Positions 24,450 through 37,362 of a DNA stretch of 64,000 nt are shown piece by piece (positions within the stretch are counted from its first letter, which is position 1; each line of letters starts with the position of its first letter). Below the pieces are notes generated by a model that searched no databases, was not told where the DNA came from, and worked only from the letters and a program-made list of their open reading frames with translations. The stretch covers positions 11,160,001 to 11,224,000 of the forward strand of contig NC_043014.1 in assembly GCF_006345805.1 (NCBI RefSeq). Direction: 5' to 3'. The stretch is from Octopus sinensis. Its lineage: Eukaryota. A program made the translations under genes and the position numbers.

Positions 24450-26010
24450 AATGAAACCAAATTGTGCCTTTGACGGAACACTTGTAGCAGAAAAAAGTTG
24501 CCAGCAACTATCTTCTCACATTGCGAACACAAAAACAACGACATCCTTAGGAAAGCTAATGAACCAGAAGAGAGGCATGGAGTAAGAGCCGATGTGAATC
24601 TCTCTCCAGGAACATTGATAAATTCTATCTATTATAGAGACAAAATGAAAACAATAAACCAGTCCAATGCGAATGTAGCTCTAGGTTCTCGATATGAATA
24701 ATTCCCATCAAATGTTTGGCTTGGGGTACTGACAAGTTTATGTCAACCCACTTGTAAAGCTACCTCCATACAATTCAAGAACAAGAGATTGTCACAAAGT
24801 ATCTACAGCAAAAAAAGGAAGATAAATATCGATGGACAATAAATGTAGTTTGTACAAGGCTAAAACTGAAGATATCAACCGCATTGTTATCGACTGTGAA
24901 AGAATATCTTTCTGCCTATACATATATATGTATGTGCATGTATACATACGCAAATGCATACAGAGATAGATATAGATAGACATACATACATACATACATA
25001 CATACATACATACATACATACATACATACATACATACATACATACATACATACATACATACATACATACATTAGGCTTCTCAAAACCAGAAAGGAGAAAG
25101 CCGATTCGAAGACTACAAATCTAATACACCACTGGAACTGTAGAAATATGTAAAATTTTTCCAGGCGTTTATCATTTAAGTATCTATGAGCATGTCTAGA
25201 TATGCAACTATATGCATGAGAATATATACATAAAACAAAACACACAAAACACACAAATCTGCACACATACATACATACATACATACATACATACATACAT
25301 ACATACATACATACATCTACATACATACATAGTTAATCCAAACAAGAAAACGCAAAACACAGCAACGCGAGAACAAGAGGACGTGGAACAATAAAATTAT
25401 TGGACGCTCAGCAAGAAGGGAAGAAGGAGGGTTAACGTTTCGAGCGGAGCTCTTCGTCGGAAACAAAGGAGAAGGAAAGATCCCGAGAAGAGAAGACAGA
25501 GGGAAAAAATTGCTGGCGGTGCTCACGAGGTCACATGTTGAAAGCATACATACATACATACATACATACATACATACATACATACATACATACATACATA
25601 CATACATACATACATACCCTGTTGATGTAGAAATTCCAATGAAAGAGCCTTGGTTCTAGGTTAGAATCCTGTTCTTTCCCTGTTGGCAAGAAATCTTGAA
25701 ATAAAACTGAATAATGGCATACATACATTTGATATTATCTTCAAGATATTATCTTCCCGTGAGGCATGATGTGGTGGCCAGAACAATCTGGAACAGAATA
25801 AGAAGAAGGAAGTTACCGACAAAGTTGACTATATTGAGAACGATGAGGTCAAAAGAATATTGATGCTGGTGGAACTCAATTATTAAAACAGCAGGCAAGA
25901 TAAATCGTTCAGATGTTGTTCCGTTGGGCAACAAGAAAACAATATGCTTTGTTACGAAAATCGCTTGCCTTATGAACGCCATTGTTGTCTCAAACATACA
26001 GGAGAAAGCA
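24450..26010 (+). pseudogene. RLE-type non-LTR retrotransposon remnant split by microsatellite/PLE insertions
   Basis: DNKCSLYKAKTEDINRIVIDCERIS (~24830-24910) resumes as SRYYLPVRHDVVAR...WWNSIIKT...NRSDVV...KIAC (25741-26010). Confidence 0.6.
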
Positions 26011-26171
26011 GTCGTCTATGGACCAATGGTAAGCGCGCTTTGTAACCACGTGGTATTGGGTTCAGTCCTACTATGTGGCATTTGGGTGTCTTCTACTATA
26101 ACCCTGGGCCAACCAATGCCCTGTGAGTGAATTTGGTGGCGAGAAACTTTGTGGAAGCCCGTCCGAAATAT

Positions 26172-26228
<57 letters not shown>

Positions 26229-26360
26229 CGGACGGGCTTCCACATATATATATATATGAATAAATAAATGGAGTTACAACCTCTTTACTTGTGAGATTTT
26301 TGCTACCCTAATAACTACTTTTTTTTCCGTGTTAATTGTTAACAAGGTAAAAATACACTC

Positions 26361-26402
<42 letters not shown>

Positions 26403-27288
26403 TGTGTGTGTGCGTGTGTCTGGATGTGTGTCTGTGTATGAGTCTATGAGTGTTTCTGTGTGTGCCTCTGTGTGCGTGTCCCACCACCACCACTTGATAA
26501 CCGGTATTGGTTTGTTTATGCCTCCCTGACTTAACGGTTCGGCATAAGAGGAAGATAGAACAAGTACGAAAATTTCAAAAGCAGAAAACATACCATAAGT
26601 ACTGAGTTGGATTTATTCGACTAAAATCCTTTCAACGCGTTGCTCCAGCTTAGCCGCAGTCCAATAATTGAGACAAACAAAAAAATATAAAAGATAAAAG
26701 TTATATATAAACTACGCATAGGCGCAGGCGTGGCTGTGTCGTATGAAGCATGGTTCCGGGTTCAGTCCCACTGCGCGGCGCCTTGAGGAAGTGTCTTCTA
26801 CTATAGCCTTGGGCTGACCAAAGCCTTGTGAGTGGATTTGGTAGACGGAAACTGAAAGAAGCCTGTCGTGCTTATAACTTAGATAACTTAGATAAGTTTC
26901 GGCCAGTATATGTCCAGGCCATGTCTAACTTAATAGCGCCACCTGGTGAAGTCTTTTAGATCGTGATTCACACCTCAGTCATATATGGGACACCATGGTC
27001 CACTTTAGCAAAGAGTTATTATTGTCGGAGAGATATCTAAGAGTAGGAGGTTGATCCGATGTGTGTGTGTGTCTTTGTGACTGTGTTTGTCCCCACTACT
27101 ATCTCTTGACAACCGTTGTTAGCGTGTTTATGTCCCCGTATATTAGCGGTTTGGCAAAAGAGACCGATAGAATAAGTACTAGGCTTACAAAGAATAAGTT
27201 CTGGGGGTCGTTAAGGCGGTGCTCCAGTAAGGCTGCAGTTAAATGACTGAAACAAGTAACAGGATAAAAGAAATAATGAATAAGAGGT

Positions 27289-27526
27289 GAGTTAAATTGT
27301 GAAATTTGCACAAGTTAAATTGTGAAATCTACACAAGTTAAATTGTGAAATCTGCGCAAGTTAAACTGTGAAATCTGCGCAAGTTAAATTGTGAAATCTG
27401 CGTAAGTTAAATAAGAAATCTACACAAGTTAAATTATGAAATCTGCGCAAGTTAAACGGTGAAACCTACGCAAGTTAAATTATGAAATCTGCGCAAGTTA
27501 AATTGTGAAATCTGCGCAAGTTAAAA
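27289..27526. repeat. 23-bp minisatellite, ~10 copies
   Basis: Unit aagttaaattgtgaaatctgcgc, head-to-tail with no spacers. Confidence 0.9.
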
Positions 27527-27870
27527 GTCACATTCAAAATTCATTTTATTTATTTTGCAAACTTTTGAAATATATCAAAATACATTATATATTACCAAAA
27601 TTCTGCTAGCAAGAGACTTATTCTCGTTACGCCTGCAGACACGCTACCTGAATACAGACAGACAAAACACTAAATATAGGACATTTTTAGCTTTTGTTCT
27701 TGTTTTGTTTTTTTTTGCTTGTTATTTTTTTCTTTCACTTTTGCTTTTTCTATTGTTTGTTTTTTTTTAATAAAGAAACATCTCTAACAAGATGGAAAAT
27801 TCACATGTATTTTCACGTTTGGCGTTGGCTGTCGTCTACTGTCGTCGATGTTTGTTGCTGATGACGATGA

Positions 27871-27920
<50 letters not shown>

Positions 27921-28239
27921 AGGCATTTTTTTTTTATTTTAATGTCAGTTGACTCACTTTCTTACACGTCATTTACCTAAAGACATTCAAAGAGTAAAGT
28001 ATATATATATATATTTTTTGTATATATTTTTTGTATATATATAAGTGTGTGTGTATGTGTGTGTGCATTTTTTTTTTTTTTTTGTATAAATAGATTTATA
28101 TATTTATATGTTAACGGCCCACAAAACTTGATCATGTTCACAAAACACGCGCCGAGCGACGTGTGATCAATATTGGCTTATATCAGAAAATATAAATATT
28201 GCATTGTATGTTGCTTTTTTTGTGTACGTGCATGTATAC

Positions 28240-28271
28240 ATATACATGTATGTATATGTGTATACATATAC

Positions 28272-28331
<60 letters not shown>

Positions 28332-28440
28332 ATAATATATATGTGCTATTAAGTTAGACATGGCCTGCGCCAATAATGGCCGAAACCTATCAAAGTATCA
28401 AGTATCAAAGTATATATATATATATACATATGCATACATA

Positions 28441-28477
<37 letters not shown>

Positions 28478-28612
28478 TATATACATATATATTATATATA
28501 CATATATTATATTGTATACATATATATATTACATATGCATAGTGTGTACGTATATATATATGTATATATATATATATATATATATCTATATACATATGTA
28601 TGTATGCATATG

Positions 28613-28669
<57 letters not shown>

Positions 28670-28747
28670 CATATGTATGTATGCATATGTATATACATAT
28701 ACACACACACATATACATATATATATATGTATGTACGCTAATATATA

Positions 28748-28802
<55 letters not shown>

Positions 28803-28861
28803 GTATGCATATGTATATACATATATATATATACACACACATACATATGTTTGTATGCATG

Positions 28862-28892
<31 letters not shown>

Positions 28893-29100
28893 ACACACAC
28901 ATACATATACATATGTATGTATACTAATATATATATATATATATATACACATATATGTATATATATATATACATATATATATATACACACATATACTTCC
29001 ATAGTCTGTATATATATATATCTTTACAAAGACGTATACATATACATACACACACACATATTCATATGTATAGACATAGACATACACACATAGACATGCA
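28240..29100. repeat. Long (TA)n/(TG)n degenerate microsatellite
   Basis: Direct inspection. Confidence 0.95.
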
Positions 29101-29554
29101 CATTTATAGATTCTAACAAGAAAAAACAAAACTCAGCAACAGACCAGGAAGTTTCTCTTTAAGACGGATCGGTTGGCGACACATTACACTAACTTTCTTT
29201 TCAATTGACATTTCACAGCAATAAAACAGTTTATTCTCCGCGAAAGGTTGTCAGTAAATGTCAGAGGAAATTCCTTATATGTTTAACATAATGATTTTTT
29301 CTCGGTGGTTTTTTTTTATTTAATGGAGGGGGGGGGGTTCTTAAGAGTCACTTAACAGCAATTTTCTTTCCTGTTTTCTGTTTTTTTGCTGAAAATCTGT
29401 CTTCCACCAAATGTAGCGATCTTATATATCTCGATCTAATTTCTTTTCTTTGTGGGGGTTTTTTTTCTCTCGTTATGTATAAATAAATGGATTGTGTCTG
29501 TGATTGCGTGGATGTACATGTGGTTTCTCTTCGATTCTCCCACTCTCTCTCTCC

Positions 29555-29586
<32 letters not shown>

Positions 29587-29589
29587 TAG

Positions 29590-30181
29590 ACGGCGAGTTT
29601 GCAGAAACGTTAGACCGCCGGACGAAATGCGTAGCCGTATTTCGTCTGCCGTTACGTTCTGAGTTCAAATTCCGCCGAGGTCGACTTTGCCCTTCATCCT
29701 TTCGGGGTCGATTAAATAAGTACCAGTTACGCACTGGATCGATATAATCGACTTAATCCGTTTCTCTGTCCTTGTTTGTCCTCTCTGTGTTTAGCCCCTT
29801 GTGGGTAGTAAAGAAATAGGTATTTCGTCTGTCGTTACGTTCTAAGTTCAAATTCCGCCGAAGTCGACTTTGCCTTCATCCTTTCGGGGTCGATTAAATA
29901 AGTACCAGTTACGCACTGGTGTCGATATAATCGACTTAATCTGTTTGTCTGTCCTTGTTTGTCCCCTCTGTGTTTAGCCCCTTGTGGGTAGTAAAGAAAT
30001 AAGTATTTCGTCTGCCGTTACGTTCTAAGTTCAAATTCCGCCGAGGTCGACTTTGCCCTTCATCCTTTCGGGGTGATTAAATAAGTACCAGTTACACACT
30101 GGGGTCGATATAATCGACTTAATCTGTTTGTCTGTCCTTGTTTGTCCCCTCTATGTTTAGCCCCTTGTGGGCAATAAAGAA
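29590..30181 (+). mobile_element. SINE family B: head plus 3 tandem ~183-bp units
   Basis: Units at 29638, 29820 and 30003; same family as 7890-8675. Confidence 0.85.
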
Positions 30182-30329
30182 AGATGAAAGAGCATTGTAG
30201 AAAACGAAGGGGAATATATTTTAGATTAATGAAAGGATTTTGTTTATCTTAATTTTGAAATATACTCTGTTGATGGAAGGGAACTGATTCACAGAACCCC
30301 TATAAAATGAGGATGAAGCATCCCTCAAG

Positions 30330-31046
30330 CGAGTTTGTTTTAGTGACGAGGCGACTTTCATGTTTCAGGAAAATTAAACAGACACAATGTAAGAATCTAG
30401 GGATCAGAACACCCCTATATGACTAGGGAGCTTCAACGAGATAGTCCAAAAGTGCATGTGTGGTGTGGAATCATGTGCAATCGAATAATTGGTCCATTTT
30501 TCTTCAACGAGGCAACAATTACTGCAGATGTTTACCTCGACCTTCTGACCGAATATGTGGCACCACAACTGATTGATTTACAACCAGCCATCATTTTCCA
30601 GCAAGATGGTGCACCACCACATTGGGGACGGCATGTTCGTCAATTCCTCAATCAAACATTTCCTGACCGATGGATTGGAAGGGATGGGCCAATTCCATGG
30701 CCACTGCGTTTGCCAGATATCACTCCCTTGGACTTCTTTTTATGGAGATATGTAAAAGATATCGTGTATCAAACAAAGATATGGGACAATACTGACTTGA
30801 AGCAAAGGATTCGTAATGCCATTGCCACCGTTGATGAGGCTATCCTACAGCGAATATGGCAAGAAATCCAGTACCGTCTTGATGTGCTTCGCATAACTAA
30901 TGGTGCCCATATTGAGGTCTATTAAATAACAGTTAAAAAACTTTAATAAACAATTATTACAATAAAACAAACCTGGTTAAGATATCTTGTCAACTGCCTT
31001 TGTAATAAAATTTTTAAATTGTAAAGAGACTTTATGGACACCCTGT
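30330..31046 (+). mobile_element. 5'-truncated DD41D (rosa/VS-type) Tc1/mariner transposase fragment with 3' TIR
   Basis: FSDEATFH...KVHVWCG...FQQDGAPPHW...WPLRLPDITPLDFFLW, with 41 residues between the second and third Asp. The TIR ends aagagactttatggacaccctg-TA. Confidence 0.85.
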
Positions 31047-31601
31047 ATATATAGATATACATACAACTAACAATATAGGATGAAGTCCCTTTCTCTACAG
31101 AAAAGGATTCCATCAAAAAGCGTGGCAGTGTATTAAAAAAACCTTTACGGTTGAAGTATAAACATCTTATAATTAAGGGCTAAAGAAGGTTATTCTAAAG
31201 CCAATACACTGATTTATCCACTTATAATCCACTTGTTACAGGAAAATTTTCCTGTAACAAGTGGATTATAAGTGGATAAATCAGTGTATTGGCTTTAGAT
31301 ATACATACATATATATATGCATACATGCATATATATATAAAATTTTCCTGTAACAAGTGGATTATAAGTGGATAAATCAGTGTATTGGCTTTAGATATAC
31401 ATACATATATATATATATGCATACATGCATACATATTATATAAGTATGGGGACGGGTGTTTTATGTTCACTTATAATAAAAACACTTTTACATTAATCTG
31501 ATTGGTTACTCTATACTTTTGTAGAGTATAAATTTATTATTCTTAAACAAAGAATATTATTGGTAGTCACTTCGATGTTTCGACCAGTTAAGCCTCACCG
31601 A

Positions 31602-31654
<53 letters not shown>

Positions 31655-31751
31655 AGACCCCCTTCGGTAATAAATGACCATGGGATTGCACCTAGAAAGT
31701 ACCCCTCTGTGATACAAGTCCAGGCAAGGTTGTTTTATGGAAGCCCAGCTG

Positions 31752-32881
31752 TTATGCGGAGCTGGGAGCTGTGAAGCTTCTAACAAGGAGATTTCTAAGA
31801 CCCCTATCTTTTTTTAAAAGACAGGAGAGGCGGTGTGGAAAAGATAGGGCGGTTGTCGGGTCAGAAAGAAGAGTGCGAAAGTTGTGGGTGAGTTTGTGCT
31901 TTAGAGGGTGGATGGACGGGTGGTAGGTGATAGAGAGTGAAATACGGTCGGTGGAAGCGCATGAAAGCGGTAGGAGAGCTGCGGTGCGGTTGATGGCTCG
32001 GGCTCGGTGGAGCGCCGGGTCGACAACTGATAGAGGATACCTTCGATTTAGAAAAAACTGTCGCATCGTTTTGCAATGGGATTCGAAATCCGAATCGATG
32101 CTGCAAAGTCGTCGAAGGCGAAGAAATTGATAGAAAAGTATGGCATATTTAATGTGTTTGAGGTGAGAGGAAGAGTAGTGGAAGTAGGAGTGGAAGTCGG
32201 TAGGTTTATAGTAGACAGAGGTGGAGAGGTGGGTATTGTGTATTTTGACGGATTTGTCAAAAAAGCAAACAGAAGTATCAGATATGGTGTGGGTGAATTC
32301 CAAGGCTGGGTGAAAAGTGTTAACGAAAGAAATAAAACCGTTGAGCTGTTGTCTGTTAAAGCTTTTGCCGCCAATGCAGTCGTCAATTTTACGACCATAA
32401 AGCGCTGGGATGGGTCCAGGGAAGTGCGCAAAGATTTGCTCCTCTACTTAACCTACAAAGAGGTTAGCATAATTGGGGTCTATCCAGGTGCCCATAGAAA
32501 CACCGCTGACTTGCTTATAGAATTCACCAGAGAAGGAAGATCAATTGAGTGTTAAGACGAGCTCAGCTAGGCGGAAGAGTGTATTAGTACAGAAGGACAG
32601 TCTAAGAAGTGTTTAAGGGCTAGTAGACCGTCGTTGTGAGGGATGACTGTGTACAAAGATTTAATGTCCATGGTGAAAAGGACTTTGGATTGACCAGATG
32701 GAAAAGAGAATGCTTTCAAGAGGTGTGGTACATGGTTACGGTCTTTTATATGCGAAGGTAGAGCAGTGACGAGAAGGGACAAAAGTTTGTCGCGATAGGA
32801 AGATAAAAGTTGTGGGGCAATTGCAAGCAGCGACAATAGGGCAGCCGAGATTATCTTGTTTATGTATGTATTCTCATGCAT
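31752..32881 (-). pseudogene. Penelope-like element reverse transcriptase, frameshifted
   Basis: Motifs LFTMDIKSLYTVIPH..GLLAL, KQVSGVSMGT..PNYANLF, RKIDD (RYIDD) and thumb YYKPTDFHSY...QFLRLRRLCS across several frames. No GIY-YIG domain is visible. Confidence 0.85.
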
Positions 32882-33169
32882 AAAGTTGGGTGTCTAGACA
32901 TGTGCATATATACTTAAATGATAAACTTCAGGAATATTTTACATATTGATGGCTTAAATCTGTAGTCTTCGAATTGGCTTTCTGCTTTCTGATTTTGAGA
33001 AGATTAATTTCCCAAGATCGGTGCTTAGTGTGGAGTTGATAAAATGAGTAACATTTGAACACTGGGGTCAGTGTAATCGACTCGTCCTCTCCCCCGGAAT
33101 TGCTGCCCTTGTAGCAAAATTTGAATCCATTATTATTATTTTGCTTAATTAAGGGTATAAACCTGAACT

Positions 33170-33760
33170 TGTAATCCGGATTGAGTAACTGTAAGTTTCT
33201 CAATAGTTCAGTGAAGGTGTTTTCTTCTTGACTGATCTTCATGTTGACATCCACTAAGCAGCTGGTTTCCACCAATGTACACAGTTTCTCTTATCTATCC
33301 TATATCACTATATCTGATCTATTATGTTTACATTATACTGAGGTTCTCGCGGAGTCATTCCACCAGCAATCTTTCGTATTAATCGAGGGTTATGGCATCT
33401 GTCACACTGAGGATCCTTACTATTTTGGCCTCAGGATTAACCTTCCAACAAATCTCATTATACAATTTCTTGGCTACTTCATGTCTTATCTATTGATGAG
33501 ATGACATTTTGAGAGAAATGTCTATGATGTGGGTGATGTCTTCGGTTTTAACTCCACAAAATCTGCATCTGACGTTTGCCTGTGTCTCTGTACCTTTAGT
33601 ACATCAGGAAATTGATTGCTATTTCCTGTTCCTGGATTATAAATGCACGTACTTCAAAGTGAATATTGGTGACCTGGTTGTTGACCCACGATAAACTGCT
33701 TTGATTATCAATGTTGCTGCTCTTCAGTAGCTTTCTGTTAACTTACCCATGCAAGATGTT
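33170..33760 (-). pseudogene. RLE-type (R2/R4-like) non-LTR retrotransposon C-terminal remnant
   Basis: Decayed CRFCGVKTEDITHII zinc knuckle, RH..VAK, and KHNRSDIVI..VETSC..DVN endonuclease motifs. Confidence 0.65.
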
Positions 33761-35275
33761 CTACTGATACGCTCTCCTCCTTTCATCTGATGATATGATG
33801 CGAGAGTCGGGGAATTGGGTGGGGGGGAATGTGGTCAAGGTTATCAGACACGGAATGTTTCTCGAGGATCTACTTTCTAAGTCTCATGATGCTATCTACC
33901 TCGTATCTTTTCACTGGAGTTTTCTTGGCTATGGGCTTAGACCAGCTATACAATTTGCCAACCCATGGCCATTGGTTCTCAATGAGAGATCATCCGTCCT
34001 TTGACGGGCATTGTTTGTAGTCCCGAAGAGTGTCCACAACATTCTCTTCACCTGGTAAACTAGGTAGCAGAACCGGTTTAGAAGCCGACTACCCGACCCT
34101 GAAACAGGTAGTACTGGTTACATAGTGTCCGGAGATGGATTTTCCTTACTTCACAAGCCTAGTGGTCAGGCTTGCTAACCTTTCTGCGAACTCGCGGCCT
34201 TCTGTCTTCACGTTTTTAAGTTCTTGAGTCGCCGAGGTTGTCTTTACTTTTTATCTTTTCAAGGTCAATTAGAATAAGTCTGTAGGGGCTCGAAATTACA
34301 CACTGCTTCTTTGTGGATGGTTTGAAACAGTATGCCTGGAATATGTATGAGATGAAAAAGAGCCTTGACCTGGTTACATCATCCTCAACGTATACAGGGT
34401 TGGATTTTTCTTCTTTCTCGAGCCATACCTGGCTCATTAGGGCCGGTTTCCCGGCTTCCTTGGTGTATAGGCTCCCCACCTGAACGGGACTCCGGTCCGT
34501 CGCAAATGAGCTGCAAGATGCAGGAGGAAAGAGTGAGAGAAAGTTATGACGAAAGAGTCAGCAGAGGTTCGCCATTACCTTCTGCCGGAGTCGCGTGGAG
34601 CTTAGGTGTTTCGCTCATAAACACACACATCGCCCGGTCTAAGATTCGAACCCGCGATCCCTCGACCGCGAGTCCGCTGCTCTAGCCACTTCTAAAATAT
34701 ATGAAGCCCAATATACCTATCATGACTATCCGTCTGATAAGGGTACACCAGGCACATGCATCACAACCATATGTACGCGACATAGTTATCTCATATCAAG
34801 ATAAACAGGTGGAGTAGCCCATCACATTCAAAAGGTTCCTGAATAAGGGTTGTTTAAGATTGTTCTAGGCATATTCCTCACCTATTTTGATGAAAAAATA
34901 CATTTTTCGCATCGTCTAAATAGCCGAGGAAAATACATAGACGTTTTTAGCTCCGTTATTTGAAACTCTGAGTACTGTTATGACAAATTACTGATAGTCC
35001 TGTTCTATATATAGGGAACTAACTAGTACTTTCATAGGATTTTGCTATCCCTTAATGAGGTTTGTAACCTTTATTTGAACTTTATTTATATATCATGATT
35101 GACCACTGACTACAAAAGTTTTTTTTTTATTCTCTCTGTTTATTTCCTCGTATTCCTTTCTGTCGAAGAGCGTAGGCTCAAAATGTAAAATACTCTCTCA
35201 CATTCCCGAGCGTCAAACTAATACACTTGCTTGTTGTTTATACACCTGTCTTCATCTTTTATTTCTGTAAATTTC

Positions 35276-35310
<35 letters not shown>

Positions 35311-35619
35311 ATTTACCACAAGAACTATGATGAAAAGATGAGAAAGATATGGTGTATATTTTTTGTGTGTGTGTGTGTGTGTGCTTAGGAGAGTCATGAG
35401 GTCATTATGCAAACAATAAACACACGTGTTTATTTTTTAATCCCGGCGTAGTAAGATACAATAATTACACACAACTACAAGCAACGTGCTTCCACGAAAT
35501 TTTCGTTCGCCACATTCACTTAGAAGGCATTTTGTCAGCCCAGGGTGTACAGTCTTGGCCAAAAGTTTGGAACATACGTCTGAAAATTAAAATTTTTATA
35601 TTAGATGCCTAAATATATA

Positions 35620-35697
<78 letters not shown>

Positions 35698-35750
35698 CTC
35701 ACTTTGATATTTATCATTGTTATATATATATATATATATGAATTGAATTG

Positions 35751-37230
35751 TATTGAGGTATCTCAAAAATAATGCGGTTTTTCAATTGCATGAACTAAAA
35801 GTTGGAGAGGGACGGGATAAACTACCTTCATCAATTTGCTATTAAAGCGGGTAGTAATTTTACCTTGTGCTTATTCTTCGATTTTGATAGTTATTTTTTC
35901 AAATAGTGACAAAGGAACATATTCTGCATATTTTGCTCTGTGAGCTCAATAAAGACAACAAATCAATGGAAAGGGCTAAGAATATCAATGCAGTATACGG
36001 GGACCTGTCATTAGGCGTAAACCAGTGTCAACGGTGGTTCCAGAAATTTCGAACCGGAAGCTACAGTCAAGAAGACGAGCCTCGTCCGGAAGATTTCTAG
36101 AGGTCGACGAGGACGTCCTGCAAACCCTGGTAGAACAAAATTCCATGGTTACTGTTGAGGAACTAGCAGAGAACGTTGGATTTGGTCATTCAACCATTAA
36201 TCGACACCTGCGTACCATCGGAAAAGTCAGCAAATTGGGTCAATGGGTTCCTCACAAACTTTTCGAGTCTAATCGTATACAGATAATGAATGTGTGTGGG
36301 TAGAGAAAGAAGAAATACCAGCACCCCAGGCTAAAGAAGGTCTTCACCCACGTAAGGTGTTGATATCTGTTCGGTGGGATATGAAACGTTAAGTTCACTT
36401 CGAACGTTTAAACCCAAACCAAACGTTAACAAAGATCTACTGCGAGCAGCTTAAGCGGTTCAAATCAGCGCTAGACAAAAAAACGACCATCTTTGATTTC
36501 AAGAGGAAAGGTCTTCTTACAGGTTAATGCTCGGTTACATACAGCGAGGATGACATTCCAAAGGATGGAGCAGTTTAAATGGGAAACGATGCTTCACCTA
36601 CCATATTCGCTGGACATTGCCCCATCTGATCATCATTTATTCCGCAGTCTTCAAAACCATTTGGGCGGAAAAAATCTGAATTCTGTAGATGTGGTCAGAG
36701 CAGTACTGGAGGAGTATTTTTCGACACAGACAAACGAATATTGGCAGAGCCGAAGAGAAAAAAAGAAAAAAGAAAATATTAAAAAAAAATGTGGAGGCAC
36801 ATGGCCTAGTGGTTAGAGCAGCGAACTCGCGGTCAAGGAATCGCGGGTTCGAATCTCAGACCGGGCGACGTGTGGTTCAATTTATGGTGGCGAGCTAGCG
36901 GAAACGTTAGCATGCCAGACGAAATGCTTAGCAGCATTTCATTTGTCATTATGTTCTGAGTTCAAATTCCGCCGAGGTCGACTTTGCCTTTCATCCTTTC
37001 GGAGTCGATTAAATAAGTACCAGTTACGCACTGGAGTCGATGTAATCGACTTAATCCCTTTGTCTGTCCCCTCTATGTTTAGCCCCCTGAGGGCAATAAA
37101 GAAAGATAAAAGAACATTGTAGAAAATGAAGGAGAGTATACTTTAGATTTAAAAAATTTTTGTTTATCTTAATTTTGAAATATAAAAGAAGTATTTCAAA
37201 AAACCGCATTATTTATGGGATGACCCAGTA
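35751..37230 (+). mobile_element. Decayed mariner transposon carrying an internal SINE insertion
   Basis: TIRs tattgaggtatctcaaaaataatgcggtttt / aaaaccgcattatttatgggatgacccagta. Transposase pieces: CQRWFQKF..DEPR.GR, WVPHKL, YSLDIAPSDHHLFRSL, and SIVENEGEY after the SINEs. Confidence 0.85.
36880..37105 (+). mobile_element. Single family-B SINE inside the mariner
   Basis: Same head and body as 7890 and 29590. Confidence 0.8.
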
Positions 37231-37362
37231 TTTGGGCATAACAATTTAAATTTTTTTAAAGTGTTTCAAACTTTTGACTACGAGTGTATAGCAGAAAGCG
37301 CTTGCCTAAGATTCTGCACAGCAGAACTGAACCTGAAACCAGGTGATTGTAAAGCAAGTTTC

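Larger units (their letters stand above)
35550..37286. mobile_element. Tc1-like MITE host into which the mariner is nested
   Basis: TA-flanked TIRs cagtcttggccaaaagtttggaaca / tgtttcaaacttttgactacgagtg. Confidence 0.6.

Noticed and set aside
28167-29129. Many YI/HT/MYVC-rich ORFs (also 18880-19741, 22122-22691, 24095-25728, 45736-46814)
   Set aside because: They are translations of (TA)n, (TACA)n, (GATA)n and (CTTT)n microsatellites, not genes.
27550-29320. Unique-looking stretches (27550-27980, 29130-29320) as a possible promoter or UTR
   Set aside because: No splice, ORF or other support is visible from sequence alone.
32076-32555. 159-aa plus-strand ORF
   Set aside because: Antisense to the Penelope RT remnant.
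34060-34200. Possible HDV-like ribozyme at the 5' side of the RLE LINE remnant
   Set aside because: I could not assemble the nested double pseudoknot by eye; it needs a covariance-model search.
36792-36870. tRNA-like A/B boxes
   Set aside because: This is the head of SINE family C; there is no complete cloverleaf with an acceptor stem.
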